DNA of 64,000 bases from a bacterium (GCA_963555815.3 CAUVWX020000001.1:768001-832000); one strand, 5' to 3'. Positions 33,193 through 45,336 are shown, counted from the first letter of the stretch. Notes: generated by a model from the sequence alone, not told the origin. Translations and numbers: made by a program.

Positions 33193-34367
33193 GCCCTCCC
33201 AGGGCTGGGAGCCCCCTTCGAGTCCTCATCATCTCCCACGCCTATGTCACCCCCTTCAACCGGGCCAAGGTGGAGGCCATCTCTGCCACGGGGGAGGTGG
33301 ATCTCATCCTTCTCGTCCCTGGCCGCTGGGAGGGCTCCCAGCCCTGGGAGGGCCCGGTTCCGGACTCATGGCCGGGGGCTCCATATCGTTTGGTGAGGGG
33401 ATCTATCGCCTTTCCGGGACATGGAGGAGGGTACTGGTTCTTGAGAGGTCTTGGGACTATCCTTCGGGAGTTTCGCCCCGAGATCGTCCATGTGGAGGAG
33501 GAGCCATGGTCGGTGGTGGCCTACCAAGTGGCATTCTGGAAAAAGCGGTTTCCGTTTCACTACCTCCTCTTTTCCTGGGAGAACCTGCCAAAGAATTTTG
33601 GCGGGCCTCGCGGTTGGATGGAGCGGCGGAGTTTAGGGGCCCTTGACTTCGCCTTGGCTGGAAACGAGGGGGCCGCGGCGGAGCTTCAACGCAAGGGTTT
33701 CAGCCCTGAGCGGGTTGCCATCCTGCCACAGCTCGGTGTGGACCCCGAACAGTTCAAGCCGCGAGAGGGGTCTTCTTCCCCCTGGACGATTGGCTACGTG
33801 GGACGCCTGGTGCCCGAAAAGGGGATCGATGTTCTCCTTGGTGCGGCTTCCAAACTGGAGGGGGAGTTCCGCCTGAAACTCCTTGGGGCGGGACCTCTCG
33901 CCGATGATCTAAAAGCCCTCGCACGGCGCCTGGGGGTGGAGGGGCGCACAGAATTTTTGGGGGCCGTCCCTCACGGCGAGGTGGCCGGCTTCCTTCAGAC
34001 CCTGGATGTCCTCGTCCTCCCTTCGGTGACGACCCGTCAGTGGGCCGAGCAGTTTGGCCACGTTCTCATCGAGGCCATGGCCTGCGCTCTTCCGGTGGTG
34101 GGCTCCCGATCCGGGGCCATCCCGGAAGTGGTGGGGGAGACGGGCCTCCTCTTTCCCGAGGGAGACGTCGCTGCGCTGCGGGACTGCCTGAGGCGGCTTC
34201 GAGACGATCCGGGGCTCTCTCGAGATCTGGGGGAGAGGGGGAGGCAGAGGGTTCTTGAACGATACACGTGGGATCAGATCGCACGCTCCACCCTTGACGT
34301 CTACCGGCGACTGTCCGATCCGGACAGGCGGTCTCTTCCCGCGCCGGACCCCTTGAGGTCGCCATGA
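33189..34367 (+). CDS. glycosyltransferase family 4
   Basis: GYVGRLVPEKG, EQFGHVLIEAMA. Confidence 0.9.
   Translation: MSPPRAGSPLRVLIISHAYVTPFNRAKVEAISATGEVDLILLVPGRWEGSQPWEGPVPDSWPGAPYRLVRGSIAFPGHGGGYWFLRGLGTILREFRPEIVHVEEEPWSVVAYQVAFWKKRFPFHYLLFSWENLPKNFGGPRGWMERRSLGALDFALAGNEGAAAELQRKGFSPERVAILPQLGVDPEQFKPREGSSSPWTIGYVGRLVPEKGIDVLLGAASKLEGEFRLKLLGAGPLADDLKALARRLGVEGRTEFLGAVPHGEVAGFLQTLDVLVLPSVTTRQWAEQFGHVLIEAMACALPVVGSRSGAIPEVVGETGLLFPEGDVAALRDCLRRLRDDPGLSRDLGERGRQRVLERYTWDQIARSTLDVYRRLSDPDRRSLPAPDPLRSP
33191..33214 (+). repeat. 18-bp palindromic unit copy at a gene start
   Basis: GAGCCCTCCCAGGGCTGGGAGCCC, identical to 29763-29786. Confidence 0.85.
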
Positions 34368-35809
34368 GCCTGGCCGCCAGGGTCCTTCGAAACTCGGGCT
34401 TTCTCCTGGGCGGCCAGGTGACGGACCGCATCCTCAGGATCGTCGTCATCGCCTTTCTCGCCCGCTATCTGGGGGAAAGTGACTTTGGCCTCTATGCTTT
34501 TGTTTTCACCTATGTCGAGTTTTTCAACCTCCTGACAGATTTGGGGCTTCACACCATCCTGGTGCGCGAGGTGTCCCGCTCCCCTGAGCGAACAGAGGAG
34601 TACCTGGGAGGGGCCCTCAGCCTGAAACTCTTGGCGTCTCTTGGGGGCACCGGGCTTGCTCTTCTCGTCGTCCGGGCGATGGGATACCCGACCTCCACGT
34701 TGGTGTTGGTGGGATGGGCTTGTCTTGGCCTCTTCTTGTCATTCCGCATGAGCTCCTTGCGACAGATCTACGACGTCACCTTCCAGACGAAGCTCGAGAT
34801 GAGGACCCCTGTCCTCCTCGGCATCCTGAGCGAGGTCCTCTCGGCCCTTTTCGTCATCGGGGCGATTGCCCTGGAAATGAGCCTCGCCTCGATCATCCTC
34901 TTGCAGAACCTGGCCTATCTTCCCGGGGCTCTTTCGGTGGCGTGGCTGGCCAGGCGGCGCATCAGGCACCCCCTTCGGTGGGCCCCTGGTCTCTGGAAGG
35001 GGCTTCTTCGGGAGTCCTTCCCCCTGGCCCTGGCGAACCTCTTTACGCTCGCCTACGTCAAGATAGATATCCTGATGCTTTCACTCATGCGGGGGAATGC
35101 CGACGTAGGATTCTATGCGGCAGCCTACAAGTTGGCGGGCTCTCTTTCCATCTTCCCCACGGCCCTCTTGATATCCCTCTTTCCCCTGATGTCCCAGTAC
35201 GCCCGATCCTCTCCCGAGGCCCTGGCCTCACTTTTTCAAAGGAGCCTGAAGGCCATCTTGCTGGTCTCCCTCCCCCTCACCGTGGGAGGCATGGTCCTGG
35301 CTCCAGACCTCATCGGCCTCATCTACGGCCAGGGCTATCAACCTTCGGTTGCGGCCCTTCAGATCCTGATCTGGGCCGTCTCCTTCAGCTTCTTGAGCTA
35401 CCTCTTCACCTCGGCATTAAACGCCATGGATCGTCAGCGCCTCTATCTGGGGCTGACGGCCGCCATGGCGTTCCTCAACATTGGCCTGAACGCCCTTCTC
35501 ATCCCGCGCCATGGCTTCATCGGGGCCGCCGCTGCAACGGTCGTGACCGAGGTGGCCCTGACGGGTCTGTGCCTCTGGGTTCTGGCGGGCCACCTTCGGG
35601 GTCTTGACCTTACGTCTATTCTTAAGTTCGCCTTGGGGGCCGCAGTCATGGGGATCGTGATCTACTTTGCACCCTTTCCCTTTGTCCTAAAATTCCTGGT
35701 GGGCGTGGCCCTTTATCTGGCCTGGGTCCTTCTCTTCCGTGGGGTGAGCCGGGAGGAATGGGGGATTTACCGCTCCGCCCTTCGCCCCGGAACCCGGGCT
35801 TCAGGATGA
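34364..35809 (+). CDS. wzx: polysaccharide flippase (Wzx)
   Basis: Many TM helices; LARYLG..DFG, DLGL, VGFYAAAY, LIP..GFIGAA. Confidence 0.88.
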   Translation: MSLAARVLRNSGFLLGGQVTDRILRIVVIAFLARYLGESDFGLYAFVFTYVEFFNLLTDLGLHTILVREVSRSPERTEEYLGGALSLKLLASLGGTGLALLVVRAMGYPTSTLVLVGWACLGLFLSFRMSSLRQIYDVTFQTKLEMRTPVLLGILSEVLSALFVIGAIALEMSLASIILLQNLAYLPGALSVAWLARRRIRHPLRWAPGLWKGLLRESFPLALANLFTLAYVKIDILMLSLMRGNADVGFYAAAYKLAGSLSIFPTALLISLFPLMSQYARSSPEALASLFQRSLKAILLVSLPLTVGGMVLAPDLIGLIYGQGYQPSVAALQILIWAVSFSFLSYLFTSALNAMDRQRLYLGLTAAMAFLNIGLNALLIPRHGFIGAAAATVVTEVALTGLCLWVLAGHLRGLDLTSILKFALGAAVMGIVIYFAPFPFVLKFLVGVALYLAWVLLFRGVSREEWGIYRSALRPGTRASG

Positions 35810-35881
35810 AGAAAGAAAGAGCTATGGTGAGCCCTTACTTTGCCTCGCCTTTGGGTCGCCTCGCAGAGGAGGACGCCTGAG

Positions 35882-37093
35882 ATGAGACGTCCCTCCTATC
35901 CCTATCGAGCGGGGTGGAAGAGGGCCATCGCCCTGGCCTTCGACACTTTGGGCGATGCCCTTGGAGGGCTCACAGCCCTTGGAGGGCTCACAGCCCTTGG
36001 GGGGAAGAAGTCCAGGCCTGGGGGGGTACCTCCTGCAGGCGACGACGCCTTGGGTCAGGGTCTGGACGGAGGAGCGGTGAAGCGGGTCCTGGTCATCCGA
36101 CTGGACCACGTGGGAGACGTCCTCTTCTCCACGGTTGTCTTTCAGCCCCTTCGCCAGCTCTATCCGAAGGCCCACATCACCGCCCTGACGGGGCCGTGGG
36201 CGGCTCCCCTTCTCCTCCATCATCCTGATGTGGACCGGGTCGTCTCTTTCCGTAGCCCCTGGTTTGACCGAGGGGGGATTTCGGGATGGACCGACACGCT
36301 GGGGGCTTTTCAGTTTCTTCGTCGAAGCCGCTTTGACGTGGGACTCGACCTTCGAGGCGACCCTCGCGTCATTGGTCTCATGACGGCCGGGAAGGTCCGC
36401 TACCGGGCGGGCTATGGCTGGGGCGGGGGCGGCGTCCTTCTCTCTCGGGAGCTCGACCACCCCCCCGGTCTTCACCAGGTGGACCGAAATATTCGTTTGG
36501 TGCAGGCCCTCGGGTGGAAGGGGGAAGGCGAGAACTTTCGAAGGCCTCAGCTCTTTGTGTCGAAGGCCGAGGAAGAAGAGGCCAGGGCACGGCTCCTGGC
36601 CCTCGGTGTGGCGGCGGAAGAGCGTCTGATCGCACTTCACCCTGGGGCGAGTGTGTCGGAGAAGCGATGGCCGGCCGAGCGCTACGCCTCCCTGATGTCA
36701 TGGCTTTCCCGACGGCCAGGCCTAAAACTCCTTCTTCTGGGGGGTCCTGAGGAGCGGGATCTTGCCGCTAGGGTGGCAGCCCTCTCTGGGGTCTCGTCCC
36801 TGAACCTGGCCGGGGCACTCTCCCTGAGGGGGTTGATGGGGGTCCTGAGCCGGTGCTTTCTGATGATCGGAAACGACTCCGGTCCCACACACATTGCCGC
36901 CGCCCTCGGGGTCCCGACGGTGGCCCTCTTCAGCGGGAAGAATGAACCGTCGGAATGGGGCCCCATCGGGGTCCGGGCCCACCTCATTCAACCGCCTTCG
37001 CGCCATGCCGCGGACATCGAGCGAGGGGAAGTTTCGGTGGGAGAGATCCAGGTCGAGGATGTGGAGAAGGTGATCGAATGCGAATTGGCCTAG
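35882..37093 (+). CDS. glycosyltransferase family 9 (heptosyltransferase-like)
   Basis: LDHVGDV, HPGAS..KRWP, GNDSGPTHIAAALG. Confidence 0.88.
   Translation: MRRPSYPYRAGWKRAIALAFDTLGDALGGLTALGGLTALGGKKSRPGGVPPAGDDALGQGLDGGAVKRVLVIRLDHVGDVLFSTVVFQPLRQLYPKAHITALTGPWAAPLLLHHPDVDRVVSFRSPWFDRGGISGWTDTLGAFQFLRRSRFDVGLDLRGDPRVIGLMTAGKVRYRAGYGWGGGGVLLSRELDHPPGLHQVDRNIRLVQALGWKGEGENFRRPQLFVSKAEEEEARARLLALGVAAEERLIALHPGASVSEKRWPAERYASLMSWLSRRPGLKLLLLGGPEERDLAARVAALSGVSSLNLAGALSLRGLMGVLSRCFLMIGNDSGPTHIAAALGVPTVALFSGKNEPSEWGPIGVRAHLIQPPSRHAADIERGEVSVGEIQVEDVEKVIECELA
35957..36000 (+). repeat. tandem 18-bp repeat (2.4 copies) inside the GT9 coding sequence
   Basis: GCCCTTGGAGGGCTCACA x2 + GCCCTTGG, encoding ALGGLT-ALGGLT-ALG. 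Confidence 0.9.
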
Positions 37094-38187
37094 ATGCCCG
37101 GATGTACAGCTGGTCCGGGATCGGGACCTATCTCAAGGCGCTCATCCACGGTATTGCGCGCCTCGACTCTCGGGATAATTTTGTTTGTTTTTTCCTTCCC
37201 GAAGATTTGCGCCATTTTAGCCCCCCGGCCCCGAACTTCAGCGCCGAGCCCTGCCCCGTCCCCGTCTATTCTCTTCGAGAGATGACGGCCCTTCCCGGTC
37301 TCCTTCGGTCTCACCAGCTCGACCTCATCCATTTCCCCCATTATGTGTATCCCTTCTGGGCGAACCTCCCCGCTGTCATCACCATCCACGACCTCATCCA
37401 CCTCCTTTTTCCTCACCACCATCGAACCCCCTTCCACCGCTGGTATGCCAGGGTGGTCATGCGTCAGGGTGCCCGAAGGGCGCGTCGGATTATCACCGTT
37501 TCGGAATACTCCAAGGGGGATATCGTCCGCCATCTCGGGGTCTCTCCCGACAAGGTCAATGTGATCTACAACGGGCTTCTCGGAACTTTTTCCCCCGATT
37601 TGGACGGAGGGGCGGAAGGGAGAGTGCGACGCCGCTTTGGCCTCGATCCTCCCTATTTCCTCTACGTTGGAAACGCCAAGGAGCACAAGAACCTCCGGGG
37701 CCTTTTTGAGGCTTACAGGCGACTTCGGGCTCGCCTGGGCCCTGAGGGGCTTCGTCCGTCCCTGGTCCTCACGATTAGAAGAGAAGATCTGAGGGGGGAA
37801 GAGGCCGCTGATCCTCCGGAGGACGTGAAATTCCTTGGACGCGTCGAGGATCCCTATCTCGTGGACCTCTATCGCGGGGCCACTCTGCTCGCCTTCCCCT
37901 CTCTCTACGAGGGTTTTGGGTATCCGCCGCTCGAGGCCATGGCCTGCGGGACGCCGGTCGTGGCCTCGGACGCGGCCTCTCTGCCAGAGGTGGCGGGGGA
38001 GGCCGCCCTCCTCGTCCCCGCGGGCAACCTTGACCGCCTCTCAGACGCCTTATATGATGTGCTGACGAAGGAGGAGCTTCGCACGGAGCTTCGCCGCCGG
38101 GGGGTGGAGCGGGCCGAGCACTTTAGCACCCTGACCATGGCGGACGCGACCCTTCGTGTCTATGAGGAGGCCCTGGCCTCGCTTTGA
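37078..38187 (+). CDS. glycosyltransferase family 4 (mannosyltransferase-like)
   Basis: MRIGLDAR, TIHDL, FPSLYEGFGYPPLEAMACG. Confidence 0.9.
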   Translation: MRIGLDARMYSWSGIGTYLKALIHGIARLDSRDNFVCFFLPEDLRHFSPPAPNFSAEPCPVPVYSLREMTALPGLLRSHQLDLIHFPHYVYPFWANLPAVITIHDLIHLLFPHHHRTPFHRWYARVVMRQGARRARRIITVSEYSKGDIVRHLGVSPDKVNVIYNGLLGTFSPDLDGGAEGRVRRRFGLDPPYFLYVGNAKEHKNLRGLFEAYRRLRARLGPEGLRPSLVLTIRREDLRGEEAADPPEDVKFLGRVEDPYLVDLYRGATLLAFPSLYEGFGYPPLEAMACGTPVVASDAASLPEVAGEAALLVPAGNLDRLSDALYDVLTKEELRTELRRRGVERAEHFSTLTMADATLRVYEEALASL

Positions 38188-39323
38188 AGGTCGCCATTGT
38201 CCATGACTGGCTCACGGGGATGCGGGGGGGGGAAAAGACCCTTGAGGTCTTTCTGGACCTCCTGCCAGACGCCCACCTCTTCACCCTGGTCCACGACCGG
38301 GGGAAGCTTTCTGCCCGGATCGAGTCCACCCCGATTCACACCTCTTTCATTCAGCGGCTCCCCTTCGGTGTCAGCAGGTATCGCTACTATCTCCCCCTGA
38401 TGCCGGCGGCCATAGAGCGGTTTGACCTGACTCCTTTTGACCTCGTTCTCAGTCTCAGCCACTGTGTTGCAAAGGGAGTCATCACGCGACCCGACGCGGT
38501 CCACATTTGCTACTGCTTCACGCCTATGCGCTACGCCTGGGAGAGCTACTACCGCTACTTCGGGGATCATCGGGTCGGATGGATGGGGAGATTTTTGCTT
38601 CCTCCCCTCTTTACCTACCTGAGGATGTGGGATGTCGCCTCGGCCCACCGGGTGGACCACTTTGTCGCCGTCTCCGAAGCCGTGGCACGCCGGATCAAGA
38701 AGTACTACGGCCGGGATTCTACGGTCCTCCCCTGCCCGGTCGAGACAGGGCATTTTCGGGCTTCTGCCGGCGGAGACTACTATCTCATCGTCTCGGCCTT
38801 CGCCCCCTATAAGCGGATCGACCTGGCGATTGAGGCCTTCAACACCCTTGGCTATCCTCTTCGGATCGTCGGCGGAGGGCAGGATGAGACGCGCCTTCAG
38901 GCCCTTGCGGGCAAAAATGTCGAGTTCCTGGGGTGGCTCACAGGGCGGGACCTGGTGGAGCAGTACGAGGGGTGCAAGGCCTTCCTCCTGCCGGGGGAGG
39001 AGGATTTCGGCATTGCCCCTGTGGAGGCCATGGCCGCCGGGAGGCCGGTCATCGCCTTGGGGAAAGGCGGGGCCCTGGAGACGGTCGTCCCCTTCGATGA
39101 CCCCGAGGGGAGAGACCCGACCGGTGTCCACTTCTCTGAAGAGTCAGCAGAGAGCCTGGCGGAAGCCGTTCGGAGATTTGAGAGAATTGCCCACCTCTTC
39201 GAGCCAGCCCGGGTCCGCGCTCACGCTCAGAGGTATGACGCCCTGGCTTTCCGCAGGGCCGCGGAGGACATCCTGCGTGGGGTGGTCCCATCGCCCGAGA
39301 GAGAGAGCCCGCTTCGGGTCTAG
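38184..39323 (+). CDS. glycosyltransferase family 4
   Basis: KVAIVHDWLTGMRGGE, YKRID, EEDFGIAPVEAMA. Confidence 0.9.
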   Translation: MKVAIVHDWLTGMRGGEKTLEVFLDLLPDAHLFTLVHDRGKLSARIESTPIHTSFIQRLPFGVSRYRYYLPLMPAAIERFDLTPFDLVLSLSHCVAKGVITRPDAVHICYCFTPMRYAWESYYRYFGDHRVGWMGRFLLPPLFTYLRMWDVASAHRVDHFVAVSEAVARRIKKYYGRDSTVLPCPVETGHFRASAGGDYYLIVSAFAPYKRIDLAIEAFNTLGYPLRIVGGGQDETRLQALAGKNVEFLGWLTGRDLVEQYEGCKAFLLPGEEDFGIAPVEAMAAGRPVIALGKGGALETVVPFDDPEGRDPTGVHFSEESAESLAEAVRRFERIAHLFEPARVRAHAQRYDALAFRRAAEDILRGVVPSPERESPLRV

Positions 39324-39341
39324 AGGAACCCGCTTGCGCCC

Positions 39342-40751
39342 ATGAAGCGTTACACCCACTTCGCCGCCACCTTGCTCGCCATTACCGATCTCGTCTCGGT
39401 CACGGCGGCCTGGGCGGCGGCCTTTTTTCTCCGGTTCTTTGTGGAGATTATTCCCGTCGTCAAGACCTACCCCACCTTTCCCAGCTATCTGAAATTTGTC
39501 CCTATCGTGTGGGCCGCATGGTTCTTCTCGGCCCGATTGGTGGGTCTTTACCGGCCCGAGATGGGCCGCCCCTTTGGGCTATGGACGAAGCAACACCTTC
39601 AGGCGGCGACGGTCGCCGTTATCCTCCTTACGGCCCTGACCTTCTTTTATCGAGAGTTCGCCTTTGCCCGGTTCTCCCGAGTGGTGATGGCCTACTTCTG
39701 GGTCCTGGTCATCGTCTTCTCGGGGCCCGCCCGGGGGGTGGCCCTGGTGATCCTGAGGCGGATGCGGCGGCGCGGCTACGAGGTCCGCCGTATCCTTATT
39801 GCGGGAACTGGGGAAGTGGGTCGGGACTTGTGCCGGAGGATGCAGGAGCGGGGCGAGTTCGGCCTGGAGGTGATGGGGTTCCTGTCCGACCGCAGGGAGG
39901 ATGTGGGGATGACGCTGGACGGGGTCCCCATTGTCGGGCAAATCGAGGATGTCCGGGAGGCCATCCGAAAGAGTCTGGCGGACCAGCTCTTCATCGCCCT
40001 GCCTCTTGACGCCTCTGATCGCCTAAAACGTGTCCTAGAGAGCCTTGGGGAAGAGACCATTGATATCAAGGTGGTCCCGGACTTCCTCCGCTACATGAAG
40101 CTCAACGCTGGGATTGAGGATTTCGACGGGCTTCCTGTCATCCGTCTCAGGGAGGGTCCCCTCTACGGCTGGAACAACCTTGTGAAACGGGCAATGGATG
40201 TCGTTCTATCGGGTCTCGCCCTCATTTTCCTCTCCCCCCTCATGTTCGTCATCTCTCTTGCGATCAAGTTCACCTCAAAAGGGCCCGTCTTCTACCGGCA
40301 GGAGCGGATGGGCCTCGACCGGGTCCCCTTTCAGATGATCAAGTTTCGGTCTATGCAGGACGGGGCTGAGAACGAGACGGGGGCCGTCTGGGCCAGTGCC
40401 GACGACCCCAGGCGGACCCGGACGGGAAGCCTGTTGCGGAAGATGAGTCTCGACGAGCTCCCGCAGCTCTTCAACGTCCTTAAAGGTGAGATGAGCCTGG
40501 TCGGCCCTCGGCCTGAGCGCCCCGTCTTTGTGGAGCAGTTCCAACGCTCTGTCCCCGGCTATGTGCTCCGGCACAAGGTCAAGGCGGGGATCACCGGCTG
40601 GGCCCAGGTGAACGGCTGGCGGGGGCAGACCTCCCTGGAGAAGCGGATCGAGTGCGACCTCTACTATATGGAGCACTGGTCACTCTGGTTTGATCTCAAG
40701 ATCATTTGGCTCACACTCCGCAGGGGCGTCCTTAACCGGCATGCGTATTGA
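39342..40751 (+). CDS. undecaprenyl-phosphate glucose phosphotransferase (WcaJ-like)
   Basis: KRAMD, KFRSM, DELPQLFNVLKGEMSLVGPRPE, GITGWAQVNG. Confidence 0.92.
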   Translation: MKRYTHFAATLLAITDLVSVTAAWAAAFFLRFFVEIIPVVKTYPTFPSYLKFVPIVWAAWFFSARLVGLYRPEMGRPFGLWTKQHLQAATVAVILLTALTFFYREFAFARFSRVVMAYFWVLVIVFSGPARGVALVILRRMRRRGYEVRRILIAGTGEVGRDLCRRMQERGEFGLEVMGFLSDRREDVGMTLDGVPIVGQIEDVREAIRKSLADQLFIALPLDASDRLKRVLESLGEETIDIKVVPDFLRYMKLNAGIEDFDGLPVIRLREGPLYGWNNLVKRAMDVVLSGLALIFLSPLMFVISLAIKFTSKGPVFYRQERMGLDRVPFQMIKFRSMQDGAENETGAVWASADDPRRTRTGSLLRKMSLDELPQLFNVLKGEMSLVGPRPERPVFVEQFQRSVPGYVLRHKVKAGITGWAQVNGWRGQTSLEKRIECDLYYMEHWSLWFDLKIIWLTLRRGVLNRHAY

Positions 40752-41538
40752 GAGAGAGGGGTCCCTCGTCCCCTCCGTCGTCGCCGTCATCCCGGCCCGG
40801 TATCATTCCGAGAGGTTTCCCGGAAAGCCCCTCGCGAAGATTGCTGGAAAGCCCATGATCCAGCACGTCTTCGAACGGGCGAAAGAGGCGAGGCACGTGG
40901 AAAGGGTCCTGGTGGCGACAGACGATGAGCGAATCCAGGAGGCGGTGCAGGCCTTTGACGGGGAGGCCGTCCTCACCTCGAAAGACTGCGCCTCCGGGAT
41001 GGACCGCGTGGCGGAGGCCGTGCGGGACTTTTCGGCCGACCTCGTCGTGAACGTCCAGGGGGATGAGCCCCTCATCTCCCCCCAGAGCATCGACGCCGCT
41101 CTTCTTCCCCTTATCGAAGATTCTGGACTTTCCCTCAGCACCCTTGCCAGTCGGATCCAGGCGGAACATGAATTTCTTGACCCAAATGTCGTCAAGGTCG
41201 TCTTCGACCAGAACCACATCGCCCTCTACTTCTCCCGGTCCCCTCTTCCCTATCATCGCAAGGCCGGGGAGTCGGAGGGTTCGGGCGAGACCCTTCGGGG
41301 GGGTGGGCATGAAGCGGGGCCGGCCTTCAAACACATCGGCCTCTATGTCTATCGCAAGGAGGTTTTAATGGCCCTCTGCCGGACCCCGCCGACCCCCCTT
41401 GAGAAGATTGAGGGGCTAGAACAGTTGCGAGCCCTCGAGTCGGGATACAAAATGAGGGTGGTGGAGACGGACCGGGAAGCAGTGGGCGTGGATGTCCCCG
41501 GGGACATCGCCCGCGTGGAGGCTGCCCTCAGGCGCTAG
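40741..41538 (+). CDS. kdsB: 3-deoxy-manno-octulosonate cytidylyltransferase
   Basis: IPARYHSERFPGKPL, NVQGDEP, LEQLRAL. Confidence 0.95.
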   Translation: MRIEREGSLVPSVVAVIPARYHSERFPGKPLAKIAGKPMIQHVFERAKEARHVERVLVATDDERIQEAVQAFDGEAVLTSKDCASGMDRVAEAVRDFSADLVVNVQGDEPLISPQSIDAALLPLIEDSGLSLSTLASRIQAEHEFLDPNVVKVVFDQNHIALYFSRSPLPYHRKAGESEGSGETLRGGGHEAGPAFKHIGLYVYRKEVLMALCRTPPTPLEKIEGLEQLRALESGYKMRVVETDREAVGVDVPGDIARVEAALRR

Positions 41539-41552
41539 GTGAAGATGGATAA

Positions 41553-43235
<1,683 letters not shown>

Positions 43236-43236
43236 A

Positions 43237-44058
43237 ATGGGGGAGGTGACGGTCGGAGGGGTGAAACTAGGTAATGGGCAACCCCTCGTCCTTATTGCGG
43301 GCCCCTGTGTCATCGAAGGGGAGAAGGAGGCCCTCAAGGCCGCCCGAAAGCTGAAGGAGATCTGTCAGAAGGCTGGGATGCCCCTCATCTACAAGTCCTC
43401 CTACGACAAGGCCAACCGGTCCTCCGGGGCCTCTTTCCGGGGGCCAGGACGTGAGCGGGGCCTCGCCATCCTCGCCCGGGTCAAGGAGGAGCTGGGGCTT
43501 TCGGTCCTTTCGGACATTCACTCCGAGGCCGAGGCTGAGCCGGCCGCCGAGATCCTGGACGCCCTTCAGATCCCGGCCTTTCTGTGTCGTCAGACAGATC
43601 TCCTGGTCGCTGCCGCCAAGACAGGAAAACCTCTCAACGTCAAGAAGGGACCTTTTCTAGCCCCTTGGGATATTAAAAATGTCGTGGAGAAGATCAAGGG
43701 AGCGGGGGGGCGGTCCATCCTGTTGACGGAGCGGGGGACCACCTTTGGCTACAACAACCTGGTGGCCGACATGAGATCCCTGATCTTCCTTCGGGAGTTT
43801 GGCTATCCTGTCATCTTCGATGTGACGCACAGCCTTCAGCTCCCCGGGGGCCTCGGGAACGCCTCGGGGGGACAGCGGGATTTTGTGCCCCCGCTCGCCC
43901 GGGCCGCCACCGCCGTTGGGATAGACGGCCTGTTCATCGAGTGTCACGAAGACCCCGATTCCGCCCCCAGCGACGGTCCCAGCATGCTCCCCATGGATCG
44001 TCTCCCCTCCCTCCTGGAACAGGTGAGACGGATTCATCCGCTGGTGGGCCCCCGCTGA
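43237..44058 (+). CDS. kdsA: KDO8P synthase (metal-dependent type)
   Basis: IAGPCVIE, DKANRSS, IPAFLCRQTD, DVTHS. Confidence 0.96.
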   Translation: MGEVTVGGVKLGNGQPLVLIAGPCVIEGEKEALKAARKLKEICQKAGMPLIYKSSYDKANRSSGASFRGPGRERGLAILARVKEELGLSVLSDIHSEAEAEPAAEILDALQIPAFLCRQTDLLVAAAKTGKPLNVKKGPFLAPWDIKNVVEKIKGAGGRSILLTERGTTFGYNNLVADMRSLIFLREFGYPVIFDVTHSLQLPGGLGNASGGQRDFVPPLARAATAVGIDGLFIECHEDPDSAPSDGPSMLPMDRLPSLLEQVRRIHPLVGPR

Positions 44059-44122
44059 CCTGGAAAATCCGGTTTTTTTGCAGGATGCCGAGAGCGACAG
44101 GAATCGGTCGTGGGTTCCGACG

Positions 44123-44437
44123 TCAGCCCACGATCTCGCTGATCTGTATCTGGGGCTGAATGTCTGTGTAGTTCGGCATGTCGCCCACGACCTCTTTGCC
44201 GTGCGCCTCGCCCGCCTTGTGGAAGTCGGCGACGGAGTTGAAGTAGAGCTGGCCGATGCAGGCAAAGGGTGGGGCCTCGCCCGGCGCCCCTCCCGAAACG
44301 CCTTCATCGACCTCAGTGCGCACGAGGCCGAACTCTCCATATTGCTTGTGCACCAATGCCATGTGCTTCTTCACGTAGTACTTTACGTCAAACTTCTTGC
44401 CCTCTCCGCTCGGATACAGCACCGATACGCGAATCAT
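44123..44437 (-). CDS. EthD family protein
   Basis: MIRVSVLYP..FD..YY..KHM, C-terminal NYTDIQPQIQISE. Confidence 0.85.
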   Translation of the reverse strand: MIRVSVLYPSGEGKKFDVKYYVKKHMALVHKQYGEFGLVRTEVDEGVSGGAPGEAPPFACIGQLYFNSVADFHKAGEAHGKEVVGDMPNYTDIQPQIQISEIVG

Positions 44438-44546
44438 GAGAGACCTCCCGCTGTGGATGGAGCGACAAGGCTACACAAGAAGCTTTTGGTGACATTTTAC
44501 CCTAGGAACCCTGGCCGTGCCTGAAATTTCATCTGAGGTGTCCGCA

Positions 44547-45275
44547 TCAAGACCTCCGCTTTCCCCTTAGCCGAGGCGCGCTTTTCTCTCCGGGCAGGTT
44601 TTTTAAGGGATAGACGCATTCTTTCATAAGAGGGCATTCCCAACAGTGGGGTTTTCTCGCCTGGCAGATATATTTGCCGAACTTCCACATGTGGATGTGG
44701 GTGGAGTAGGCCTTTCCCGGCGGAAGGAGGGCGGCCATCTCAAAGTGGGCTTTTGCGGCCGAGCAATTTTCGGGGATGAGGCCGAGCCGCAGGCAAACCC
44801 GGTGGACGTGCGTGTCCACGGGAAACGCGTCCTTCTCGAAGGTGAACATCAGGACGACGCTCAGAGTTTTTGGGCCGATCCCTTTGAGGTGCCCAATAAC
44901 CTTCTGAGCCCCCTTCAGATCTAGATCTTTCAGGAAGTCGGCGGAAAGCTCCCCGTGGGTCTTTTTTAGCCAGCGCAAAAGATCCCGAATGCGGCGGCTT
45001 TTTTGCCCCGCCAGGCCCCCCGGTCGGATGGCTTTTTCGATGGCCCGGGGGGAGGCGCGCATAACGTCTTCCCAGCTGGAAAAACGCTCCCGTAGGCGCC
45101 CGTAGGCCAGGTCGCGGTTCGCGTCCGTCGTATTTTGGGAGAGCATGGTGAGGATGAGGGAGCTCAGGGGGTCTCGCCCGTCCGGCCGCCACCTGACCGG
45201 CCTAAAGAGCGAGGACAGGACAGAGATGACCCGCCGGGTCTTTCTCTTCAGTTCAGGACGGGTAGGGGTCGCCAT
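44547..45275 (-). CDS. nth: endonuclease III-like HhH-GPD DNA glycosylase
   Basis: LSQNTTD, GIGPKT, FPVDTHV, 4Fe-4S motif C-x6-C-x2-C-x5-C. Confidence 0.9.
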   Translation of the reverse strand: MATPTRPELKRKTRRVISVLSSLFRPVRWRPDGRDPLSSLILTMLSQNTTDANRDLAYGRLRERFSSWEDVMRASPRAIEKAIRPGGLAGQKSRRIRDLLRWLKKTHGELSADFLKDLDLKGAQKVIGHLKGIGPKTLSVVLMFTFEKDAFPVDTHVHRVCLRLGLIPENCSAAKAHFEMAALLPPGKAYSTHIHMWKFGKYICQARKPHCWECPLMKECVYPLKNLPGEKSAPRLRGKRRS

Positions 45276-45336
45276 GGCGATTATATAGTTAACAAACCCA
45301 CTATTAGTTTAAAGCATTGAATGCATTTATAATTAC

